Of a DNA stretch of 46,145 nt, positions 18,303 through 28,426 are shown in pieces. The stretch's first letter is position 1; every line of letters begins with the position of its first letter. Under the pieces are notes generated by a model. It was not told the DNA's origin, searched no databases, and saw nothing but the letters and a program-made list of their open reading frames with translations. The translations under genes and the position numbers were made by a program. Origin of the DNA: an uncultured Lachnobacterium sp. (GTDB taxonomy: Bacteria; Bacillota; Clostridia; Lachnospirales; Lachnospiraceae); the NCBI GenBank assembly GCA_964628865.1, contig CAZVOY010000001.1, positions 1 to 46,145 of the forward strand. The letters are read 5' to 3'.

Positions 18303-19616
18303 CTAGTCATATAATTGAATTTGATCTTCGGTATACTCTTTTAAATGAGTTTTTGCATCTAGATCAATCAGTGATAAATTATATCCTTCATTATCAATGG
18401 TGATTAACATATAGTTGTGTAGTCTCATATGAACTACATGATTATCTTGATTACCAGACGCTAAACTTGGGCTAACCAAATATTCTCCAGCGCATATCTT
18501 TGGCAACTTAACCTTAAAACTTACTTCGTATATATTTCCTGCTTTTGCTTCTTCTAATACACAATCTGATAAGAAATTATTGATACTGAACAGCTTGGTT
18601 CCTTTCGTATTTTCTAATTCAAAACCAAACAAAGCATTCTTTATATCTTCATGGAACTTTGCTACTACACCAAAAGTATATTCCTTTTCTACACCAAGTA
18701 CTGTAACGTCATTTCCTTGATTATCTCGTATATAGAAAGAAACAATCTCTCCTTTTCCGCTACTTGTAATCTGACTATCTTCTTCAAGATTTAATTTTCT
18801 AAATACTGCCTTTTCTGTTTGTTTTTGAGCCTCTGTAGCATTATCATTTTTTATTTGATCAACAAATTTCTGTTTTTGTCTGTTATTTTCTTCAATCTGC
18901 ATGCTCAGATATTCTTCACAGACAACAGACGCATCTCCATCCGCCCTTACATGCCCTCTTTCAATCCAGATAACTCTATTACAAAGTTTTTTTACAGAAA
19001 TCATATCGTGAGATACAAATAAAATCGTAGTTCCTCTTGCTTTGATTTCTTCTAACTTAGCAAAACATTTTGCTTGGAAGAAAGCATCACCAACAGACAA
19101 CGCTTCGTCTACAATCATAACTTCTGGTTCGACACTTACAGAAAGTGCAAATGCCAAACGGACAAACATACCACTAGAATATGTTTTTACTGGCTGATAC
19201 ACAAAATCTCCAATATCTGCAAACTCAAGAATTCCCGGAATCTTCTCATCCATTTCCTCTCTTGTGTATCCCATCAGAGTACCATTCATATACAGATTTT
19301 CAATTCCTGTATATTCCATATTAAAACCAGCACCTAATTCTAGTAAGGCTGATATTTTCCCATTCACATTTACAGTTCCTTCTGTAGGATTTAAAACACC
19401 AGTTACAATCTTAAGAATTGTTGATTTTCCAGAACCATTGGTTCCTACGATGCCAACTGTCTCACCTTGTTTAATTGTAAAATTAATATCTTCTAACGCG
19501 TAGAAATCTTTATGATAATTTTTATGCGTAATAGATAATGTTTCTTTCAAACGATCTACCGGCTTATCATACAAAGGATAAATTTTTGACACGCCCTGTA
19601 CACTAATTACGTCCAT
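18303..19616 (-). CDS. wzt: Polysaccharide ABC transporter ATPase with a C-terminal (Wzt-C) carbohydrate-binding domain
   Basis: Walker A GTNGSGKS, ELGAGF, YSSGM and VDEALSVGD, plus a long beta-rich C-terminal extension. Confidence 0.93.
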   Translation of the reverse strand: MDVISVQGVSKIYPLYDKPVDRLKETLSITHKNYHKDFYALEDINFTIKQGETVGIVGTNGSGKSTILKIVTGVLNPTEGTVNVNGKISALLELGAGFNMEYTGIENLYMNGTLMGYTREEMDEKIPGILEFADIGDFVYQPVKTYSSGMFVRLAFALSVSVEPEVMIVDEALSVGDAFFQAKCFAKLEEIKARGTTILFVSHDMISVKKLCNRVIWIERGHVRADGDASVVCEEYLSMQIEENNRQKQKFVDQIKNDNATEAQKQTEKAVFRKLNLEEDSQITSSGKGEIVSFYIRDNQGNDVTVLGVEKEYTFGVVAKFHEDIKNALFGFELENTKGTKLFSINNFLSDCVLEEAKAGNIYEVSFKVKLPKICAGEYLVSPSLASGNQDNHVVHMRLHNYMLITIDNEGYNLSLIDLDAKTHLKEYTEDQIQLYD

Positions 19617-19624
19617 TATTCCTC

Positions 19625-20425
19625 CTATAATACATCTGCAAAATGTGGTTTCATTTTCTTAAATACTTTCGTTCCAATGAAAAGTATAGCTAATGTAACT
19701 ATCCAAAAGTAAAGAGTAAGCGCTGGATCTTCCCAGAACCATTCTCCATTTAACATACTATCTCTATATCCTTCTGTGATATAGAAAAATGGATTGAATT
19801 TCAGGATATCTGCATTTTCTCCCATCATGGTGTAGCTCCACATGATAGGTGTAATCCACATACCAAACTGAAGGAAAATATTTACAATCTGTCCCATGTC
19901 TTTGAAAAAAGCATTGATTGCGGATGTCAGCATTGTAATACCAGTAATCAAAACAAAGGCACAGAATGAATAATACAAGGTCTGAATCCAATAAATAGTC
20001 GGCGTATATCCAAATAGTAAAAATACTACCACCATAATTACTACGAAAATCAAATGAACCAAGAAACAAGATACATTTTTAATGATTGGTAACACCGTAA
20101 TTTTAAACACTACTTTTTTTACCAGATAACTATATTCATATAATACTGATGTTCCTGCATTTACCGCTTCCTGGAAATAGAACCATGGCACAATACCTGG
20201 GATTAACCACAATACATATGGAACATTTAATCCGGAAGGTGGTGCAGACTTAAATCCCAATTGGAATACGCAGTAATAAATTACAATCGTTACAATTGGC
20301 TGCACAAACATCCAAAATACTCCAAAATAAGATCCGACAAATCTTTTCTTGAAGTCTTCAAACGCAAGGCTTGTAATAATTTTTCTTTTTCCCAAAACAG
20401 ATTTTACAGTTTCTAAAAGTCTCAT
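19625..20425 (-). CDS. wzm: Polysaccharide ABC transporter permease
   Basis: DFKKRFVGSYFGVFWMFVQP, LVKKVVF, WITPIMW, NPFFYITEGYR and FADVL motifs. Start set after GGAG (alternative 20437). Confidence 0.93.
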   Translation of the reverse strand: MRLLETVKSVLGKRKIITSLAFEDFKKRFVGSYFGVFWMFVQPIVTIVIYYCVFQLGFKSAPPSGLNVPYVLWLIPGIVPWFYFQEAVNAGTSVLYEYSYLVKKVVFKITVLPIIKNVSCFLVHLIFVVIMVVVFLLFGYTPTIYWIQTLYYSFCAFVLITGITMLTSAINAFFKDMGQIVNIFLQFGMWITPIMWSYTMMGENADILKFNPFFYITEGYRDSMLNGEWFWEDPALTLYFWIVTLAILFIGTKVFKKMKPHFADVL

Positions 20426-20436
20426 CTTTTTCTCCA

Positions 20437-22290
20437 TTAATCTACAATTACGTCAGTCCATGTCACTAGGTTAAGTTTTATGTCATACATCTGTACGCAC
20501 AACCCCACTTTACAACTGCGTAATTCTTCTACTGTTTCCTTTGGTATCTTACATACAAATCCGCAATATATCGCTTGGTTGTTTAACACCTCTGTGACAT
20601 CCTCACGAACCTGTCGGTATGTTTGATACCATATTTCTTTTTTTGTTTCTTCATTTTGAAAAACCAGATATACATCACTTAAATTGGTATAGTCACCTGA
20701 TCGGAACCAATACCAGCCTGTGATTTGTAAGTCATCTGTTTTTACCATTCTATCTATTATAACATGAAAGGGCTTTTTCGCATATAGTTTTCGACGAATT
20801 CTTTCATTATACTCCCTCATATCCCGCGTGCTTTTCAAAGAAAAATCCGTCTGATCCATAGAATAGTTATTATTGTATGAGGCATCTCCTTTTTCCAATA
20901 TCCATGGATGTGCCGAAAATAAATAAGCTCTCTCTTTTGCAAGTCTTTGCATTTTTTCATCATTCACCACATCGTTATAAGATACTGGCAGACTCTCGTC
21001 AAAACCATTTACCAGATCATATACACTTCTTTTTACGATGAGACACGCGGCAGTAACTGCATCATAGTTGTAATCCAATCGATTACGACCTTGCGCTAAT
21101 ACTCCCACATCCTCTTGTTTTGTCAGAATGTGTGATGGCCCCATGTTCAGATTTACCACACCTATGTGTTGTATTTTATTATCCTGCGGATATAGAAGTT
21201 TCACACCTACCGCACCTACCCCTTGCTGAGCGGCTTGTCCTAGCATTCTCTCTAACCACTTTCCGTCGATACATTCAATATCGTCGTTTAAAAAGAGAAT
21301 GTAGTTTCCTGTCGCTGCTTTGGCACCCATGTTACACATTCTAGAGAAATTAAAAACCATTGGTTCGTAGATGTATTTGATAGATTTCTCTTCAAGTGTT
21401 TTTTCTAGGATGCTTTTATTTTCTAACTTACTACCATTATCAACTACGATAATTTCATAGTCCTTATAATCTGTATTTTTTTCCAACGAATCGATTCCAT
21501 GCAAGAACATCTCTACGTTATCTTTGGATGGAATGACAATGCTTACTTTTCCATCAGCTTTATAAACCATGCGGAATTCTTTTGTACATGGTTCGAATTC
21601 TATGCTTGCCTTTATTCCAGTTCGCTGGATAAAGTCATTCTTGATATGCTTTAGCTCTTCTCTATTCGTTTCTACTTCTGTGCGCTCTGTGTTCCTTGAA
21701 TCCGATGCGTGATATAACACTTTGGAAATATGATAGATTTGTTTTTGATCACATACTTCTAAAAAACGTAGCGAAAAATCATAGTTCCAACTAGCAGAAT
21801 ATGTGCTTTCCCAAGTCGAGATTTTCTGACATACTTCTGTACAATATGCTGCTAAATTTCCTGTATAAAAATATCCATAACACGCAAAAATAACTACCAT
21901 AAATACGCAGAAAAACAAATGCACAAATAACGCTGAGATAATCTTTACAGCTGGCAAAATACTGATATTAAACACTACTTTTTTTACTAAGCAACTATAA
22001 TCAATCAATGTATTTGTGACACTGCTTAATGCATCTGAAAAATAAAACCATGGTACAAGACCTGTAATGAGCCATAATACATATGGGATATTAATACCTT
22101 CTTTTGTAGCCTGCGTGCCGGCATTTAATGCTTTTTCAAACACAAACCAATATAATAATACAGTAATGACAGGTTGCACGAAAACCCAAACAATTCCCAA
22201 ATAAGAACCTGCTTATTTTGTTTTAAAGTCGTTCTTCGCTAGATTTAAAACAAGTTTTCTGTTTTTCCATAAATCCTTTATAATATACAA
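20437..22290 (-). pseudogene. Decayed chimera: 5' half of a second wzm fused in frame to the 3' part of a GT2
   Basis: TTG 22290 gives MYIIKDLWKNRKLVLNLAKNDFKTK*AGSYLGIVW (TAA at 22215-22213). The Wzm-like sequence stops at ..ACYGYF (~21868), then a GT2 follows (HISKVLYH, VSIVIPSKD, FLNDD) that lacks the segment after YNDV. Confidence 0.8.
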
Positions 22291-22310
22291 AATATCACCC
22301 TCTTCTTTAT

Positions 22311-23468
22311 CTATATTTGTCTAAAAAATTCCTCGAAAACTTTCCTTGCGTTTTGTTTCATATCTGTTATTTTTTCATCGTTCATTTTCAAAATATTATC
22401 AATGGCTTCTTCCATACTTTCCCGATGAATATTAACACCAACATTTCGTTTCTCAACCATTTTTTTCGTATCCCCATCCACCGTATTCAATATGGGCATC
22501 CCACCTCTAAAATACGTAACCGATTTCATTGTAATCCCGATTGCCACATCTGGCACTAGGAAATTGATAGCAAAAGAGCATTGATTAAATATATCTTGTA
22601 ACTCTTGTTTATCATATATAGAACCATAATCAATGACTTTTACACATCGTTTTTCTAATTCATTTTTTATACGTTCTTTACTTTCGCCCTGACCGATCAA
22701 GTGAAAATATACATTTCTCTTCTGATTTAGTTTATCCAAAAAATCAATCATGAAGGAAGCGTCGATGATATTATTAATACTTCCCACATAACAGATATGT
22801 ATCTGATCATCTCGCCATACTGTTTTTATTTCCAAATCTGCATCTTCCTGACGCAAATGTTTGGTTTCCATCGGCATCGTATAACCTTCTTTTGCAAGTA
22901 TCTCCTGATAATAATCACACTCTGTATATATCTTATCAGCATGCTTTAGATTTCGATTTCGAAATGCTCCCCAGATAGAAAGTGCAAATTTGATGACAGG
23001 ATTTCCAGTTTTTACTGGAAGAGCCTCTGGCCACATATCAAATATATCAAAGATTAATTCACATCCATATTTCTTCTTATACCATGCGGTACTCATGGCC
23101 AATGAATTGTTTGGTATCTCTGAGTATACGATATCTGGTCGATGCTGCTTCATGAAGAAGTATGCCTTAAATGAAAACTCTCCGTGAGAAAACAATCTCG
23201 ATATGGAGATATTTTTGTAATATGGCATGACATGCACCTGTTTACAACCTTTCACATCAAACACATACTGCTGTTTGTTGATATGGTGAAAGTCTGAGGT
23301 CAGATATAATACGGTCTTATTCTGTTTTTTGTACTCTTCGATTACCTGTTTGTTTCTTTCTTCGTAGTGGTTTGTACCGCTAAGCACGACCACATCCACT
23401 TTCTTTGGTTGTTCTTCGAAAGCATCTCCAAGTAACCATTTGCTAAACCATCTCGAAGTTTTTGCCAT
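22311..23468 (-). CDS. Glycosyltransferase, GT-B fold (GT4-like)
   Basis: SDFHH, PYYKNISISR, DIFDMWPE, YVGSI and K..TYFRGGMPILN motifs. Confidence 0.75.
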   Translation of the reverse strand: MAKTSRWFSKWLLGDAFEEQPKKVDVVVLSGTNHYEERNKQVIEEYKKQNKTVLYLTSDFHHINKQQYVFDVKGCKQVHVMPYYKNISISRLFSHGEFSFKAYFFMKQHRPDIVYSEIPNNSLAMSTAWYKKKYGCELIFDIFDMWPEALPVKTGNPVIKFALSIWGAFRNRNLKHADKIYTECDYYQEILAKEGYTMPMETKHLRQEDADLEIKTVWRDDQIHICYVGSINNIIDASFMIDFLDKLNQKRNVYFHLIGQGESKERIKNELEKRCVKVIDYGSIYDKQELQDIFNQCSFAINFLVPDVAIGITMKSVTYFRGGMPILNTVDGDTKKMVEKRNVGVNIHRESMEEAIDNILKMNDEKITDMKQNARKVFEEFFRQI

Positions 23469-24276
23469 CTCTTCTGCCCTTCAGCATCTGTACTAATTTT
23501 TGTATCTTTTTCTCCTCAAAGAGTAATGTCTTTAAGTAAAAAAATCGATAGCTGTTTCTTTCTTTTTTATAGTCAATGACTTCTCTATGAACTTTCATAT
23601 AGATGAGCCAGTTTCTTACCATGTAATATTTACGGAATGGGGAGTGATTCAGTGCTGTCACTCTTCTTCCTAAGAAGTTGTGATGTACACCATTTCCCAG
23701 TTCATGTAATAATTCTACAGTATTTACACGGAGAATCTTGATATCCTGCTTTTTACATTTTGCACAGAAATCATGATCCACAAAATCGATAAATAAATAT
23801 TCCCAAAATCCGCCTACTTTTTCCCAAGTATCCACACTGGTTAAGCTAGCTGAAGTAATACATTTATCTACATAGTCATATACCTGTTCCGCCTCTGTGG
23901 ATTTCTCGAAATTTCTATCCACAATCTTTGGCGATAGAATTCCTACTCCTGCTACATCCGTATACTTTTTGTATTCCTCCATTAAATTGGATGGACATAC
24001 CGAGTCCTGATCTAAGGTAATCACCCAATTATAACCATATTTTTTGGCATATTCGAACATTTGATTTAATGCCTTTGCAATGCCTAGGTTTTCTCTGTTT
24101 TCAATCAGTTCGACCTCTGGATAATTTGAACTCAAAAGCGTTCTGATTTGAATAATATTTTCTGAACCATTATCTATACAAATAAGCTTGTCTACCTGTG
24201 GTATGATTGCATCGATATTTTCCTGCAATCTTTTTTCATTTGGTTCGTATAATGTAATGCCTGCTAATGTTTCCAT
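23443..24276 (-). CDS. GT2 glycosyltransferase (rhamnosyltransferase-like)
   Basis: IDNGS, NLGIAKALN, TLDQDS, ITSAS, LFIDFVD, HELG and R.YY..RN motifs. Start set at METLAG. Confidence 0.85.
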   Translation of the reverse strand: METLAGITLYEPNEKRLQENIDAIIPQVDKLICIDNGSENIIQIRTLLSSNYPEVELIENRENLGIAKALNQMFEYAKKYGYNWVITLDQDSVCPSNLMEEYKKYTDVAGVGILSPKIVDRNFEKSTEAEQVYDYVDKCITSASLTSVDTWEKVGGFWEYLFIDFVDHDFCAKCKKQDIKILRVNTVELLHELGNGVHHNFLGRRVTALNHSPFRKYYMVRNWLIYMKVHREVIDYKKERNSYRFFYLKTLLFEEKKIQKLVQMLKGRRDGKNFEMV

Positions 24277-25013
24277 CTTGCCTTCACTTCTTCTATCGTA
24301 TATGGCTGATATGATTTGCACCCGCGTAGCTTTCGCTTTAACAGATTCCAACACAAACTGATACGATTATATAACATTTTAGTTACTGGTAAATGCTGCA
24401 TGCCTGATACATTGTCCTCATGTCTACGGTAATGCAACAGTTTGTCATTTATAAATACGACATCTCCCATTTGCTCTGCGATTAAACCCAGCCATTGGTC
24501 GTGAAGTGTCCCAGTTGTCGGAAATGGAAGTGCGTAATTTAACACCTGTTTTCGGAATGCCATACAGCATCCGATATAGGAATTTTTCCAGATATTTTTA
24601 AAGATACCTGACTGACTGTTTCGGATTGTGTAAAAGGAATCTCCTATTTGTTTTCCTTCACCATCTATAAGGGTTGCATCATGAACTACCATGATACAGT
24701 TTGGATTTTCAAATGCTTTTAATGTTTTTTCCACCTTGTCTTTTGTCCAGACATCATCTTGATCTGATAAAAAGATGAATGGTTCTGTCGCATGACTCAG
24801 CACATATTCAAAATTTGCAACTGCTCCACAACCAGGTCCCTGCATGGGTTGAAATGGAATTCCGTGTTTTCTTAAATCTTCTAAAAACGCTATGTCATCA
24901 CCATCTTCTGAGATGATAAACTGATCATCTGTAGCTAGATTTTCTAATATAGATGTAATTTGTTCTTCGCGATATTTTTCACCGCGATACGTCGTCATAC
25001 AAACAGAAACCAT
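24264..25013 (-). CDS. GT2 glycosyltransferase (RgpB-like rhamnosyltransferase)
   Basis: SVCMTTY.GEKY, FLSDQDDVW..DK, GCCMAF, HDQW and YRRH..NVS motifs. Confidence 0.87.
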   Translation of the reverse strand: MVSVCMTTYRGEKYREEQITSILENLATDDQFIISEDGDDIAFLEDLRKHGIPFQPMQGPGCGAVANFEYVLSHATEPFIFLSDQDDVWTKDKVEKTLKAFENPNCIMVVHDATLIDGEGKQIGDSFYTIRNSQSGIFKNIWKNSYIGCCMAFRKQVLNYALPFPTTGTLHDQWLGLIAEQMGDVVFINDKLLHYRRHEDNVSGMQHLPVTKMLYNRISLCWNLLKRKLRGCKSYQPYTIEEVKARWKH

Positions 25014-25022
25014 GTTAATCCT

Positions 25023-26411
25023 CTATATTCTATATTCCTCTGGTGTTTCTTCCACCTCATAAATATGATTTGTTCTTTTCTTAAATCCTTCTGTACTGTC
25101 TTTCTTTAACAATACGACTAAGGTCTGGAAAAGAAGCTTAATATCTCTCCACATGCTAAATCTTTCAATATACATCATGTCCAGAATCAGCTTGTCCTTT
25201 GGAGAGGTATTGTATTTACCGACTACCTGTGCAAGTCCAGTAAGCCCAGCTTTTACACGGAGGCGGTATTTAAATTCAGGAAGTTCTTCCGTATAGTTCC
25301 ATACGTTTTCCATCATTTCAGGTCGAGGTCCTACAAAACTCATATCTCCTAAGAAGATGTTAAAAATCTGTGGAAGCTCGTCCAAACGATATTTACGAAG
25401 GGTGTGACCAATTTTTGTAATACGGTCATCGTTTTCTGTCGCTGATTTATTCTTTGCGTTTACCTTCATGGTACGGAATTTTATTACTTTAAATACTCTT
25501 CCATCACGGGTAGCTCTCTTCTGTAAAAAGAAGATAGGACCTCCGTCATCCATACGAATGAGTATAGGGACTACAATAAACACTGGTATCAATATCAAAA
25601 TTGCCAAAGAAGAGAAGATAATATCAAAGGTTCTCTTCATAAAACGCTGTTCGTAAGTAAGTCCCTGTACCTTTGTGTGAAGCATGGATACATCATCTAA
25701 AAGATAATGTTCTGCTAAGTTTTCTACTACGTCTGGTATCTCTGGATTGAGATAAATATTAATCAAATGTTCGTAGCAGAAGTTTACCAGATAGTCTCTA
25801 GTTTCTAATGGAAGGTCATATAATATAGCGGTATCCATACGAAGCAGGATTTCTTCCAAGTCGCTGCGCCTATAATCTACGACACGCGAAATACGATACT
25901 GCTTTTTATACTTCTGTACACCTGCGGATATTTTTTCCAAATCCGCTTCCTTGCGTGTAATGATAATACTTTTTTCTGGTGGAATAATCCAAAAGAAAAT
26001 CTCATTGCCCGCATAAGTAAACACAATAATAAGCAATAACTGTATTCCCACAACCAGAATCAAAGTCCATACATCTATCCATTTAAATGGGTTCATATTA
26101 GGATCAATCGTGTTCATGATCATTAACATGCCATAGGTTACGAAGTCAGTGATGACCGTTGCCAATCCAACGGAATAGATAATGGGTTTGCTTTTTCTAC
26201 GTCCGATATCAAACTTACCATAGATATTTGTCATCATAACCAACGAAAAGGCAAACGTAATCATGATAACCGCCATGGTTCGTGATGGTGTCAATACCGC
26301 AAAGTTGTTGACGGAGAACAAAATCATAAAGGTCGCCATCAGACACAAGTATAAAATTCCTTTGATAAGTAGCACAATTGTGCTGACAAATTTTGCAAGT
26401 TGCTTTTTCAT
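25023..26411 (-). CDS. Priming polyprenyl-phosphate glycosylphosphotransferase (WcaJ/CpsE family)
   Basis: N-terminal TMs, then KRTFDI, KFRTM, DDRIT, RLDELPQ, GDMSFVGPRPE and GLTGLAQV. Confidence 0.93.
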   Translation of the reverse strand: MKKQLAKFVSTIVLLIKGILYLCLMATFMILFSVNNFAVLTPSRTMAVIMITFAFSLVMMTNIYGKFDIGRRKSKPIIYSVGLATVITDFVTYGMLMIMNTIDPNMNPFKWIDVWTLILVVGIQLLLIIVFTYAGNEIFFWIIPPEKSIIITRKEADLEKISAGVQKYKKQYRISRVVDYRRSDLEEILLRMDTAILYDLPLETRDYLVNFCYEHLINIYLNPEIPDVVENLAEHYLLDDVSMLHTKVQGLTYEQRFMKRTFDIIFSSLAILILIPVFIVVPILIRMDDGGPIFFLQKRATRDGRVFKVIKFRTMKVNAKNKSATENDDRITKIGHTLRKYRLDELPQIFNIFLGDMSFVGPRPEMMENVWNYTEELPEFKYRLRVKAGLTGLAQVVGKYNTSPKDKLILDMMYIERFSMWRDIKLLFQTLVVLLKKDSTEGFKKRTNHIYEVEETPEEYRI

Positions 26412-26413
26412 TT

Positions 26414-28078
26414 CTACCTCGATAATCTGTTTAACGCCGAGAACACCGCGCGAATAGACGCTCTTGTAATATTACTGCTTACACCTACACCAAAGGTTAC
26501 TTTTCCAGTTTTGTTGTCTTTCATCTGGATATAAGCAGCTGCTTTGGCATGAGAGCCTTCACTAAGTGCATGTTCATCATAATCCACAATAGAAATGTCG
26601 GCTGCGCCTACGCTCTGTTCGATGGCAACTCTTACTGCATCGATAGGTCCATTTCCTCTTGCTTCTGTAATCATTTCTCTGCCGTTATATTTAAAGGTCA
26701 ATGCGACTCTGGTTTCTTCGTCTTCATGTCCATCTTCTACTTTGACGCGGATGAACTCGTATGGTTCTTTTGCAGCTAAATACTCACTTCTAAATGCATC
26801 CATGATACGTGATGGTGCTACTTCGCCACCTTCTGTCTCTGAGATGAGCTGAATGACATCTGCAAACTCTCTATGCATAGCCTTTGGAAGTTTATAGCCA
26901 TATACCGTATTCATAACGAATGCTACGCCACCTTTACCTGACTGGCTGTTGATACGTACGACTGGTTCATATTCACGACCTACGTCCGCTGGGTCAATAG
27001 GCAAATATGGCACTTCCCAAATATCAGAACCACGTTCTTTTAACGCCTGTTCCCCTTTGTTGATTGCATCCTGGTGTGATCCTGAGAATGCGGTAAACAC
27101 GAGTTTTCCAGCATACGGATGACGCATACCTACCTGCATCTTACAGCAGCGTTCATATACATCGATAATCTCGTTTACGTTTTCTAAGTTCAATTCTGGG
27201 TTAATTCCCTGAGAGAACATATTATATGCCAAGTTTAAAATGTCTACATTTCCAGTTCTTTCTCCGTTTCCGAATAGTGTACCTTCGACACGGTCAGCCC
27301 CTGCAAGAATCGCAAGTTCTGTAGCTGCTACGCCTGTACCTCTGTCATTATGAGGATGTACAGAAAGGATAACATTTTCTCGATCTTCGAAATGCGTATT
27401 CATCCACTCAATCTGGTCCGCATACACGTTTGGTGTATTCATTTCTACTGTTGCTGGTAAGTTAAATATAATTGGATTTTCATTTGCATGATCCCACTCT
27501 TTTTGTACCGCTGTACAAATTTCTAACGCGAAATCCAATTCTGTACCAGTAAAACTTTCAGGTGAATATTCGAGAGTTAAGTTTCCATCGTAATTTTTCA
27601 TACCTTCTTTTACCATGCGTGTACCAGCGATAGCGATATCGATAATCTCTGGTCTTTCCTTATGGAATACGACATCTCTCTGAAGAGTTGAAGTCGAATT
27701 ATAGATATGGAAAATAACATTTGGAATTCCCTGAATTGCTTCAAATGTCCGGTCAATCAGTTCCTGTCTGCACTGACAGAGCACCTGCACCTTCATGTAA
27801 TCTGGAATCATATTTTCTGCTACCAGTTTACGAAGGAAATCAAATTCAATCTGAGATGCTGCTGGAAATCCGATTTCGATTTCCTGGAACCCTAACTTTA
27901 CTAGGAGCTGGAACATCTCTACTTTCTCTTCTACTGTCATCGGTTCTATAAGGGCCTGGTTTCCATCGCGTAGGTCAACCGAACACCAGATAGGTGCTTT
28001 TTCAATTTCCTTGTTTGGCCATTGGCGCTGTGGGTAGTCTACGACTGGTACCCTTTTATATCTCTTAAAATTTAACAT
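26414..28078 (-). CDS. leuA: 2-isopropylmalate synthase (yeast/actinobacterial-type LeuA)
   Basis: VDLRDGNQAL, EYSPESF, NLPATVE, HPHNDRG, GNGERTGN and FTAFSGSHQDAI motifs. Confidence 0.96.
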   Translation of the reverse strand: MLNFKRYKRVPVVDYPQRQWPNKEIEKAPIWCSVDLRDGNQALIEPMTVEEKVEMFQLLVKLGFQEIEIGFPAASQIEFDFLRKLVAENMIPDYMKVQVLCQCRQELIDRTFEAIQGIPNVIFHIYNSTSTLQRDVVFHKERPEIIDIAIAGTRMVKEGMKNYDGNLTLEYSPESFTGTELDFALEICTAVQKEWDHANENPIIFNLPATVEMNTPNVYADQIEWMNTHFEDRENVILSVHPHNDRGTGVAATELAILAGADRVEGTLFGNGERTGNVDILNLAYNMFSQGINPELNLENVNEIIDVYERCCKMQVGMRHPYAGKLVFTAFSGSHQDAINKGEQALKERGSDIWEVPYLPIDPADVGREYEPVVRINSQSGKGGVAFVMNTVYGYKLPKAMHREFADVIQLISETEGGEVAPSRIMDAFRSEYLAAKEPYEFIRVKVEDGHEDEETRVALTFKYNGREMITEARGNGPIDAVRVAIEQSVGAADISIVDYDEHALSEGSHAKAAAYIQMKDNKTGKVTFGVGVSSNITRASIRAVFSALNRLSR

Positions 28079-28132
28079 TCCAAAATACTCCTTGCTTATT
28101 ACTAATTTTCTTTGTCCCTATGGGACTTATTT

Positions 28133-28396
28133 TTAATCATCCAACCCGTTGGCTATGTAGGTTACCAGGTGTTCTAGGGCTTCTGCTTCATCTATGCCTT
28201 CGCATACCAAGGTGATTTCATCACCAGATTTGATGCACGCACCTAATACACTGAGAACACTCTTTGCATTCGCATTGTTTCCATCGTAATCAAATGTGAT
28301 TTTCGATTTAAATTTCATTGCTTCTCTGCAAAGATTTCCTGCTGGTCTCATATGAAGTCCAGTTGGATTTACTATTTTTACAACTTGTGATACCAC
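28133..28396 (-). CDS. ptsH: HPr family phosphocarrier protein
   Basis: GLHMRPA (His15 equivalent) and NAKSVLSVL (Ser46 equivalent). A GTG start after GGGGAA is assumed. Confidence 0.88.
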   Translation of the reverse strand: MVSQVVKIVNPTGLHMRPAGNLCREAMKFKSKITFDYDGNNANAKSVLSVLGACIKSGDEITLVCEGIDEAEALEHLVTYIANGLDD

Positions 28397-28426
28397 ACTA
28401 AATTCCCCCAATCTCGCTTTCGCTCA

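Noticed and set aside
15167..18310. Compositional break suggesting a recent methyltransferase-domain swap
   Set aside because: Spot GC counts on a few lines were inconsistent; a sliding-window and codon analysis would be needed.
20437..22200. Functional novel permease-glycosyltransferase fusion
   Set aside because: An upstream nonsense codon, half a permease and a missing GT2 segment indicate decay.
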